From: Thermoplasmata archaeon
GTDB lineage: Archaea; Thermoplasmatota; Thermoplasmata; GCA-020350865
Reading direction: 5' to 3'
Length of the DNA stretch: 64,000 nt
NCBI GenBank assembly: GCA_020348445.1
Contig: CP070751.1
Span: forward strand, 2,149,186-2,213,185
A program made the position numbers and the translations under genes. A model generated the notes under the pieces. The model was not told where the DNA came from, did not search any database, and saw nothing but the letters and a program-made list of their open reading frames with translations. The number at the start of each line of letters is the position of its first letter. Within the stretch, counting starts at the first letter, position 1. This document shows, piece by piece, positions 1 through 7,461 of this stretch.

Positions 1-2
1 AC

Positions 3-1256
3 TTTGATATCTACTACTCAGGAGGTAAATGGAAAATCGAATTTACACCCCCCAAATTGAAAACATTTACTGTGGGTGATTATTCGTTTAGGATAAAGTT
101 CGAAGATGACGAAGAGGATGAAAGTGAATGGGTAACAGTGAACAATTTAGTAACAGTCAAAAATGTAAAACCAGAGGTAACGGACCTTGAAATTTCTGAG
201 GAAGAGGGGTATCGCGGAGAGGAGATAACAATCACGGCCAATGGCCAGGATGTGGATTTTGCCCCCAGTTCTGAATCCCATTTTACAGTGGAATTTCAAT
301 ATAGAGGGCCTAAAGGAGACTGGAAAACCGATAGCACTCTTAAAGGTCTAAAATATATAAATGAGGAGTGGGAAATCACATTTGCTCCCACCTTTGACAT
401 GGATGTTGGCGATTACGATTTCCAGGTGCGGTTTTACGATGGTGATGATTGGAGCGATTGGAAGATAAAGAATAATGTTTTTGAATTGAAGAACAAGGAT
501 CCTGTGGTAACTATTCTAACCCAGGGTGGAACGCAAGATTCCTATAGAGTTGATTTCGTAGCGGATGGCTCCGACGACGAGACTCCACCCAATGAATTAG
601 TGTGGTTATGGGATTTCGGCGACGGTGACACCTCTTCCGAGCCATCTCCATCATATGAATATAAAGAATCGGGCACCTATACTGTTACTGTAACTCTGAA
701 AGATACCGACGAAGGTGAGGGCACAGCCACAATAACCATAACAATTCCAAAAGACGGAGACGACGGGGACGGAGATGGCGATGGAGACGGAGATGGCGAT
801 GGCGATGGAGACGGAGACGGTGATGGAGATGGAGACGGTGATGGTGATGGAGATCCAGGCACAGGAGCGGGTGAGGAAGGAGAGGATGACATGATGATGT
901 GGCTCCTTCTCATAATCATCATTATCGTCGTTGTTGTTCTTCTTTTGGTGTTCCTGCTCACAAGGAAAAAGAAGGCTGAGGAAGGGGTACCTCCAGCAGC
1001 ACCAATGGCACCTGCTGCCACGGGACCACCTGCTGCAGCCCCTGTCGCAGCCCCTGCTCAAGAAGTACCACAGGCCGTAGCCCCAGCTGCAGCTATTCCA
1101 GCAGCCGCCCCTGTCGCGGCTCCACCCAAAGCGGCAGCCAAGGCAGGACAGAAGATAAAATGCCCCAAGTGCGGCACGGCATTTACGGTTGAGAGCACAG
1201 AAAGACCCATTACAATAGAGTGCCCCAGCTGCCACGCAAAGGGTAAGCTAACTTAA
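3..1256 (+). CDS. 5'-truncated surface protein: Ig-like repeats, PKD domain, (DG)n linker, single TM helix, Ala/Pro-rich tail, C-terminal Zn ribbon
   Basis: Frame is open from position 3 (FDIYYSGGKWKIEFTPPKL), so the TTG at 57 is not the true start. PKD motif WDFGDG..SEPSPSYEY..SGTYTVTVT; hydrophobic MWLLLIIIIIVVVVLLLVFLL followed by RKKK; tail CPKC-x16-CPSC. Confidence 0.8.
   Translation, partial: FDIYYSGGKWKIEFTPPKLKTFTVGDYSFRIKFEDDEEDESEWVTVNNLVTVKNVKPEVTDLEISEEEGYRGEEITITANGQDVDFAPSSESHFTVEFQYRGPKGDWKTDSTLKGLKYINEEWEITFAPTFDMDVGDYDFQVRFYDGDDWSDWKIKNNVFELKNKDPVVTILTQGGTQDSYRVDFVADGSDDETPPNELVWLWDFGDGDTSSEPSPSYEYKESGTYTVTVTLKDTDEGEGTATITITIPKDGDDGDGDGDGDGDGDGDGDGDGDGDGDGDGDGDPGTGAGEEGEDDMMMWLLLIIIIIVVVVLLLVFLLTRKKKAEEGVPPAAPMAPAATGPPAAAPVAAPAQEVPQAVAPAAAIPAAAPVAAPPKAAAKAGQKIKCPKCGTAFTVESTERPITIECPSCHAKGKLT
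753..854 (+). repeat. Coding (Asp-Gly)n low-complexity repeat
   Basis: GAYGGN hexamer array encoding a long DGDGDG run between the PKD domain and the TM helix; third positions vary. Confidence 0.9.
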
Positions 1257-1332
1257 ATGAGGGGCTGCGTAAGAACCCCTCTTAAAGATTTTTATTCTCG
1301 GAACGCATTACGCCAAGTGCTGGGGGAATTTA

Positions 1333-2115
1333 TTGCCGGCAATTCGCGCAGACAGGCTCAAAGAGGACAGAATGGAGAGGTCCAAGAGGATAAAGTGGCT
1401 GGACTTAGCATCCATTGGAAAATCCAAGGTTCTGGTTGTGGGTGCAGGTGCCATAGGCAACGAGGTCTGTAAGAACCTGTTGCTTTCTGGGTATCAAAAC
1501 ATCACGATCGTGGACATGGACCAAATCGAGCGCTCGAACCTGAACAGATGTCTATTCTTCTCGGATCTGGATGCAGAAAACAAACGATCGAAGGCCGAGG
1601 TCGTAGCCCAGAAACTCAAGACGCTAAATGACAGCGTGAAGGTCGCATACCACACAGAAAAAATCCAAAATCTGCCTGAGGACTTCATCCCTTCTTTTGA
1701 TTTGGTCTTCGGATGCCTCGACAATGTTGCGGCCCGACTTCATGTGAATGCGTTTTGTTATCATCACAAGGTTCCCTATATCGATGGGGCCACGGATGGT
1801 TTCATAGGAAAGGTTCAGGTTGTCATGGCTCCAAATACTCCATGCCTTGAGTGCACTATGAACAAAACACATATGAAGGTGATGGAGATGCGTTTTTCCT
1901 GCACAGGAAAAGATGTGACGTTCTTCCAACAAAAACTTCCTGCAGAGATAACCACAACGAGCATAATCGCTGCAGTGGCGGTGAGAGAAGGATTGAAGAT
2001 CTCATCTAATATCGAATCTCACTTTTCGAAGAAGATATTCTACTACAACGGCGCAAAGAACATACAAGAGGTTTTAGAAATAGAAATCAATCCCAACTGT
2101 CCGCATCATGTTTAA
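1333..2115 (+). CDS. E1-like activating enzyme (ThiF/MoeB/UBA family), E1a
   Basis: VLVVGAGAIGNE nucleotide-binding motif, D.D.IERSNLNR, GCLDN, IDGATDG, Zn site CLEC...CPHH, candidate catalytic Cys in RFSCTG. Confidence 0.9.
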   Translation: MPAIRADRLKEDRMERSKRIKWLDLASIGKSKVLVVGAGAIGNEVCKNLLLSGYQNITIVDMDQIERSNLNRCLFFSDLDAENKRSKAEVVAQKLKTLNDSVKVAYHTEKIQNLPEDFIPSFDLVFGCLDNVAARLHVNAFCYHHKVPYIDGATDGFIGKVQVVMAPNTPCLECTMNKTHMKVMEMRFSCTGKDVTFFQQKLPAEITTTSIIAAVAVREGLKISSNIESHFSKKIFYYNGAKNIQEVLEIEINPNCPHHV

Positions 2116-2121
2116 CAGGGA

Positions 2122-2874
2122 TTACAATCCAGAGAGGGCTCCTGCCAAGGCGATGGAGTTCGAATAGTCCTTTTTAGAACGGGATGTATCGATAAAGACC
2201 TTGTTGATGTTGACGATGGGGGCTCCAATTGCTTTTCCTCCGCCCATGAAGTGCAATGCCCTGAACATCAGATTTCCAGTGATTCCATCAGGAGCCACTA
2301 TGATATTGGAGGATTCAAGGGCCTCCTCGAGCTGGATTCCGAAATGTTTCGAAGAGATGCCCTTCTTGTTTGCCATTTTAGTGAGTTTCTCCCCCTGTTG
2401 GAGGGTCTTATCCACTGTTTCGTCCCTGCCCATGTCCTCGAATCTTCCCCCAGAGAGCACACCTGCCTTAGTCTCGACATTGAACTTCGAAAGAAGTTCA
2501 GATCCCAAGGATATGATTTTCAGTTTCTCTTCCAGGCTTACTCCTTCATCAACACCCACTGGCGCAAGTAGTATCAATTTCTCGTCACCCATGACCAAAA
2601 AGGCGATTCTGAGGATATTCTTAACCTCCAATCTGGATTTTACGTTGGTAAGCACGGTTTTCGCCTCTAAAGAGCCCCTGACTGCGGCATTTATTTCACC
2701 CTTTTTTAAGGCTTCCACAAGGCTAAGGGCATCGTTGTAAACTGTAACATCCGCAAAACCCTCGCGCTCTGCTGTCTTTACGCTACTTTCGACAGCAAAG
2801 CCTCCACCATCGCCTATTCCGATCTTTGCCTTATTATTCTTAGCCATTTCCTGTAATTGAGATATAGCGAACAT
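2122..2874 (-). CDS. mtxX: MtxX / methanogenesis marker protein 4 family (phosphate acyltransferase-like fold)
   Basis: Motifs AAVRGSL, LLAPVGVDEG, GVLSGGR.ED.GR, APDGITGNL.FRALHF, FIDTSR resemble the MtxX family as I recall it. Confidence 0.7.
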   Translation of the reverse strand: MFAISQLQEMAKNNKAKIGIGDGGGFAVESSVKTAEREGFADVTVYNDALSLVEALKKGEINAAVRGSLEAKTVLTNVKSRLEVKNILRIAFLVMGDEKLILLAPVGVDEGVSLEEKLKIISLGSELLSKFNVETKAGVLSGGRFEDMGRDETVDKTLQQGEKLTKMANKKGISSKHFGIQLEEALESSNIIVAPDGITGNLMFRALHFMGGGKAIGAPIVNINKVFIDTSRSKKDYSNSIALAGALSGL

Positions 2875-2973
2875 GACCTCACCTTTATGATTGATATCGG
2901 TTGACGAAACTCCCCCAATACCATGTCAACTGCTGGGTTTGTACCGTTGCGTTAATATTTATTTATTTCGGGT

Positions 2974-3429
2974 TCATTGGGCAAAATCAGCACTGTTTTG
3001 GTACTCCTCAGATGGATAATAGGCACCAGACAAGCCACAGAAGGGGCAAATGACGTCTGTAAAATAAGATTCACTCACAAAAAAGATACAGTTACATCTT
3101 GGACATATTATATCCTCTCCAAGATAATATGAACGTGTATAATCCAATATTTGATCATTTTGCTCAATTATATACATACTCGGCTTCACAGTCTTTTTCC
3201 AGTCGAAAAAGGAGAAGGCTGTTGTAAACAAAAAGAGTGGAAGGAGAATGAATAAAAGAAGTATCATCTCGATTTGTGCCTCACCGTATTTATTGATATT
3301 GATTATGGCAGAATAGTGGTTGTTTGAATACGCACAAACAAAGAGCCAAACCATGAGCAGAAAAATCCCCAGCATCAGAGAATCCCCAAACAATCTTATC
3401 ATCTTGATGGTGCAGACAGTTTTTGGCAA
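2974..3429 (-). CDS. 2-TM membrane protein with C-terminal Zn ribbon (paralog of 7462..7935)
   Basis: Two hydrophobic helices around NIN.YGEA..EMI; tail CPRC-x15-CPFCGLSG; start could be the ATG at 3402. Confidence 0.75.
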   Translation of the reverse strand: MPKTVCTIKMIRLFGDSLMLGIFLLMVWLFVCAYSNNHYSAIININKYGEAQIEMILLLFILLPLFLFTTAFSFFDWKKTVKPSMYIIEQNDQILDYTRSYYLGEDIICPRCNCIFFVSESYFTDVICPFCGLSGAYYPSEEYQNSADFAQ

Positions 3430-3643
3430 GGCTTCACTCCCAATTATTCTGACTCAGAAATATATATGGCCATGGAATATTTTAGAATTGTTGGTTTACA
3501 AGTAAACCTTTTTAAAAATAAATAAATACATTGTGATTTTAAAAAAGGCCTCCCCCCCACCAATACCCCCTCCTCCCACCCTATATTAAAATATGGATTT
3601 AGAAATGAAGTATATTCATTAGTTGGTATTCAACACGTCATAT

Positions 3644-4612
3644 CTACTGGATCTTTACATCCTTTCTTATTTCTTTACCGCATACAAAACAGGAGTCATT
3701 TCTTTCAAGGGGCAGAACCGAGTAATTATTATTCAGAAAATCCATCAAAAGTACGCCTTTTAAAGTGGGCAGCCCACATACGATCTTCATTGCCTCGTTG
3801 GCCTGCACGCCACCCACTATTGAGGCTACACTTGAAAACGATGCTACAGCCCCAACATCGTACCCATCACAGGGATTTGAAAGCTCCATGATCTCGGCGT
3901 ACCGATCCAAGGGTATGGTGCATGCAAGACAAGCTCCATCTGGCAAATATGTCTGGACTCTGCCCTGAAACTCAGAAATCCCACCATCCACCAGTGGAGT
4001 GGAATTTTTTACACAGAAAGATGCAAGCCAGACCCTTGCCGGCATGTTGTCCAGGCCACTTAAAATCACATCAGCATTCAGTTTTTGCTCATCACATTCC
4101 TCGATCCTTTTTGGAATCGATTCAATTTTTGTATAAGGACTGTTTTCTTTTATCTTCTTTGCCAGAACCTCAGCCTTGTTCCTTCCAACATCCTCCTTCT
4201 TAAACAGGCTCCTGCTCACATTTGAGAGCTCCACAGTGTCGTAATCCACGATTTTTATGGTTCCGAATCCAAGATAGGCAAGGTTCTTTACTATCTCGTT
4301 TCCAAGAGCTCCGGCCCCCACAACCAAAGCATTGGCTTTCCTCAGCTTTTTCTGCCTATCTCCAAGTGAGATCATCTGCCTTGCCCAAATATAATCTACG
4401 ATGACCTCGTATGAAGGTTTGATATCTTCCTCAAAAGACGCTTCCTCCTCATCCTTCTTTACAAATATCAGGTTCGTTAGTTCGGGCTCGATTTCTAATT
4501 TACTGCAGATCTTATTCTTTAGTTCCTCCTCATCCTCATATTCAACTTCAAAAGATGAAACTGAAGGCAAAACAACTTTTACCCTCTTCTTACTTCTATC
4601 ACCGTGGGACAT
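3644..4612 (-). CDS. E1-like activating enzyme with N-terminal ubiquitin-like (beta-grasp) domain, E1b
   Basis: ARQ, LVVGAGALGNE, DYD.VELSNVSR, GLDN, LVDGG, Zn site CLAC...CFVC, candidate catalytic Cys in SNPCDG. About 70 extra N-terminal residues (KVVLP..SFEVE...LKNKICSKLEIEPELTNLIF) resemble the ubiquitin helix/strand pattern. Confidence 0.88.
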   Translation of the reverse strand: MSHGDRSKKRVKVVLPSVSSFEVEYEDEEELKNKICSKLEIEPELTNLIFVKKDEEEASFEEDIKPSYEVIVDYIWARQMISLGDRQKKLRKANALVVGAGALGNEIVKNLAYLGFGTIKIVDYDTVELSNVSRSLFKKEDVGRNKAEVLAKKIKENSPYTKIESIPKRIEECDEQKLNADVILSGLDNMPARVWLASFCVKNSTPLVDGGISEFQGRVQTYLPDGACLACTIPLDRYAEIMELSNPCDGYDVGAVASFSSVASIVGGVQANEAMKIVCGLPTLKGVLLMDFLNNNYSVLPLERNDSCFVCGKEIRKDVKIQ

Positions 4613-4651
4613 GAAAGCCCTCTATATACATAAATCGATTGTTGAATATAA

Positions 4652-4903
4652 TTATTCGTCTTTTCCGCCAACGATGTCCAAGGGCATGATGGCAAGCTGA
4701 GAGTTCTCCACGATACCAAGTTCCTCTACAGTCCTGTTTTCATCCAAAACCTCGCCGCCGTACATAAGGGCCACCGCTGCGCTGTTTATGCCAAATGCCC
4801 TACATACCTCCCTTTTCACCATATTGATGGTGTGTCTTGGATCCACATCGATTTCAGCAAGGCCGGCCTCTTCGCCAATGGGTGCTTGTACCATTACCTT
4901 CAT
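4652..4903 (-). CDS. Ubiquitin-like protein precursor (mature end G79-G80, KDE pro-peptide)
   Basis: Aligns by eye to ubiquitin (DVDPRHTINMVK ~ EVEPSDTIENVK; LMYGGEVLDENRTVEELGI ~ LIFAGKQLEDGRTLSDYNI). The DNA reads ATC GTT GGC GGA AAA GAC GAA TAA. Confidence 0.9.
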   Translation of the reverse strand: MKVMVQAPIGEEAGLAEIDVDPRHTINMVKREVCRAFGINSAAVALMYGGEVLDENRTVEELGIVENSQLAIMPLDIVGGKDE

Positions 4904-4941
4904 ATCTTTTATCCCCCTATTTTCTTGTATTTCTTTAACAT

Positions 4942-6228
4942 CTATCCACCATGGGATACATTTACCGTGATTGCAACCTCGGCAATATATAGATTCCTAT
5001 CTTCAGCCCTTATTTTTATTTGATAGGTGCCGTTTGTAAGTAATTCTGTATCAAAGTAAGTGAGGTAAACGAGCTGATCATAATGGGTTTCGTTTACATG
5101 GGTCCAATCAACACTCCCGTTCCGAAAGAAAAACTGCACTTCATGAACATTATTCTCCACATCTGCAACCACTGCATAAACAGGGATGACACCGTCGATT
5201 TCATCACCATCGCGGGGTTCTAAAAATCTCGGCTCTGGTATATCTGGAGTATTATCTATAACGAACAGTTCCGACATCCCTTCAAAAGTCCTTCCCTTGG
5301 TATCTGTGAAGTTCACTTTGATATGATAGGTACCCTCATTGTGTAACCTTGTGTCAAATGCGAGGTGGTAACTGTTTTCAGAATAAGTGCCAACATTTCC
5401 AAGGTAATTCCATCCCAGACTAGTCTGACCCAAATAGAACCTCAATCCTTCGGCGGTAATCCTCCCGTCTAAGACAGTAATATTCGCAAAAACATTCATT
5501 TGATCCCTGAAAATCGGTGTTCCCAGTTGGTTTTTATACAACTCTCCGAAAAGCAGGACGTCATCCACACTTGAATGCTTCGAATTCTCATTTTGGTTTT
5601 TCGGGACAAACGGGCCTCCTATGAGCATGCTCAAAAGTACAGCAATGGTTACAAAGGCTATGATTTTTCTATATGAATTCTTTGGCTCTTCTCGCAAGGG
5701 TTTGACCTCCCCCTCATTATCTTCCGTTTGAAAAGTGGGCTTTGGTGGTTTGGGAGGAGACGAGAAAGAATCAGGAATCTTCTCCTTTTCATCGGAAAAA
5801 ACATGCACCTGGTCATCTTCGAGTTGGATCACATTTTCGTTTTTGTCAAGTGTAAAAAATGCCAATTCCTCCTTCTTGGGATCCACTATCAAGGCCGTTA
5901 CATAGTCTGAGAACTGCTGAAAGTTCCTTTGGGTGATGATATCGATTGGAGACATGAACAAACCAAAACCTGGATGGGAATGGTACCAACCCATTATCCT
6001 TCCCTGAATCTCCCCGGATAGTATCCTGTCTGTTATTTCTGCTATGCTTTTGGGATGCAACGAGGCCATTGTGGATTGCGAATCCTGCTCCCCGGTAATG
6101 GCCTCCTCAATTAAAATTGTATGATTCTCAGCATATCCTACGAGGAGTCCTATTATCTCGAAATCAGTGGCCTTGGCCTTCTCCATAATACTGTCAAGAA
6201 CCTTTTTCGGGATGCTGACATAAAACAT
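4942..6228 (-). CDS. Membrane-anchored Rpn11-like JAB/MPN+ (JAMM) isopeptidase with extracellular Ig-like domains
   Basis: FEIIGLLVG (catalytic Glu) and GWYHSHPGFGLFMSPIDIITQ (JAMM motif, about 5930-5990); TM IIAFVTIAVLLSMLIGGPF preceded by YRK; C-terminal Ig repeat FDT.LLTNGTYQIKIRAED. Confidence 0.88.
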   Translation of the reverse strand: MFYVSIPKKVLDSIMEKAKATDFEIIGLLVGYAENHTILIEEAITGEQDSQSTMASLHPKSIAEITDRILSGEIQGRIMGWYHSHPGFGLFMSPIDIITQRNFQQFSDYVTALIVDPKKEELAFFTLDKNENVIQLEDDQVHVFSDEKEKIPDSFSSPPKPPKPTFQTEDNEGEVKPLREEPKNSYRKIIAFVTIAVLLSMLIGGPFVPKNQNENSKHSSVDDVLLFGELYKNQLGTPIFRDQMNVFANITVLDGRITAEGLRFYLGQTSLGWNYLGNVGTYSENSYHLAFDTRLHNEGTYHIKVNFTDTKGRTFEGMSELFVIDNTPDIPEPRFLEPRDGDEIDGVIPVYAVVADVENNVHEVQFFFRNGSVDWTHVNETHYDQLVYLTYFDTELLTNGTYQIKIRAEDRNLYIAEVAITVNVSHGG

Positions 6229-6424
6229 ATGAACACATCTTTGCGACTACAATCTCTTCTAAAGCTTTACCTCAATAAATAGTTTTTTCCTGGCTTTCTG
6301 AGAATAATGAACTATCCCCTCCTCTGCACCCCTCCTCCCACCCTACGGCTATGTCATTAACAGTCAGTATCTTAAGCCTAGGGGCTCCCAATAACCCCAC
6401 CAACCTTATATCCCCTCCACCCCC

Positions 6425-6568
6425 CCCAAGAACAATATTTGTAGGTACGAATGCCTATCTATAGGGAAGATTCCCTCCACCGCTCCCCTCCGCCCACCCA
6501 AGAACAATATTTGTAGGTACGAATACTCCTTTATAGGGAAGATTCCTTCCACCACTCCCCTCCGCCCA
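6425..6568. repeat. 72-bp tandem direct repeat, 2 copies (6425-6496, 6497-6568)
   Basis: Manual alignment gives 65/72 identity, with the first 28 nt (cccaagaacaatatttgtaggtacgaat) identical. Confidence 0.9.
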
Positions 6569-6652
6569 CCCTATTCTGGTAATATGTTAGAAAAAAAGTT
6601 CTTTAAAATTGATAACCTCGATCCTCTCATCTATTCTCAATCACCCATGGGT

Positions 6653-7342
6653 CTATCCGCGTTTTATGGGAAATCCGAACATCCTGCAGATCTTGGCAAC
6701 CTCCTGGCATTTTTTTGTCTTGTAGGCGCTGTAAGGATTTGGGTCAGAGAGAAGGAAATAGAGGGCATTTATCACGGCTGCCAGTTTGGTGTTGGGTAGC
6801 CACTTCTTGCCTAGAATACTAACGCAGACCTTCCCTTTTTTGTGGGCAATGATATTGGGATGGGAAATATCTGTCAGCCATGTCACAGATGGAGGCTTGT
6901 AGGGATGTAGGTAAGACAGGGTCATTTTGAACTCATGCCATTTCACATACTCGACAAAGGGCCAGACACCCCTGTCGGCAAGATCCTTGACATAACCTCT
7001 TTCACATCTCAGCTTTCCGGTGTAAGTCATGAGATCCACCATTTTCACAAGGGGGAACTGGGTTCTCAGATAGTTGTACTCCTCGATCAACTCAGCCTCG
7101 TCTATTGCGGCAAAAATTCCAAGGGGCATAAGCCCCAGAACATCCGAATCTCCCATCTTCAGGTCACCTAGGGTAACCTCTTCAGAAATGACATTACCAT
7201 GCTGTACAAAACAAAGGTTTTTACTCTTAAGATTCATTGAGTTGCAAATATAATGCTTGAGCTTCCATAATGGGCAAGATGGTTTTATGTCCAAAGCTAT
7301 GGAAAACCCGTCACCTATTGGTGCGTAAACTACAAGCTGCAT
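6653..7342 (-). CDS. Ubl-E2 fusion: N-terminal ubiquitin-like domain plus ubiquitin-conjugating (UBC) domain
   Basis: UBC signature HPYKPPSVTWLTDISHPNI...GKVCVSIL...W.P...VINALYFLLSDPNP with the active-site Cys codon at 6824-6826. The N-terminus MQLVVYAPIG...MPLGIFAA parallels the free Ubl MKVMVQAPIG...MPLDIVGG. Confidence 0.9.
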   Translation of the reverse strand: MQLVVYAPIGDGFSIALDIKPSCPLWKLKHYICNSMNLKSKNLCFVQHGNVISEEVTLGDLKMGDSDVLGLMPLGIFAAIDEAELIEEYNYLRTQFPLVKMVDLMTYTGKLRCERGYVKDLADRGVWPFVEYVKWHEFKMTLSYLHPYKPPSVTWLTDISHPNIIAHKKGKVCVSILGKKWLPNTKLAAVINALYFLLSDPNPYSAYKTKKCQEVAKICRMFGFPIKRG

Positions 7343-7377
7343 TACAACTCACTTTCGGGCATTTTGTACGAAAGCCT

Positions 7378-7394
7378 GCATATTTATATATTTC
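7378..7394 (-). promoter_or_regulatory. Putative BRE/TATA promoter of the Ubl-E2 gene
   Basis: Minus strand reads GAAATATATAAATA about 40 nt upstream of the ATG at 7342. Confidence 0.45.
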
Positions 7395-7461
7395 GCAGTC
7401 TGTTAATCAATCTGGTAGCTTACAAATATTAGTAAAAAGATCGAGCAAGCAGGCCCGGTTA

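Noticed and set aside
57-59. TTG start of the first ORF
   Set aside because: The frame is open to the window edge and the upstream translation repeats an internal motif, so the gene is 5'-truncated.
651-1235. Antisense ORFs with (SP)n and (VSI)n repeats
   Set aside because: Shadows of the (DG)n and TM coding region on the + strand.
1259-1295. GAGGGG/CCCCTC hairpin plus T-tract as a terminator between the surface protein and E1a
   Set aside because: Only a 6-bp stem with an 11-nt loop; too weak to support without transcript data.
2974-3429. Calling the Cys-rich tail a RING E3
   Set aside because: Only two CxxC pairs (plus one extra Cys); RING needs eight ligands in cross-brace spacing.
4652-4903. 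Calling the small protein a SAMP/MoaD/ThiS sulfur carrier
   Set aside because: The pattern follows ubiquitin (TI..VK, L.Y.G..L...RT), and it is clustered with a UBC E2 and an Rpn11-like protease.
6425-6568. 72-bp repeat as a CRISPR array
   Set aside because: The copies are directly abutting with no unique spacers, there are only two units, and no cas genes are in the window.
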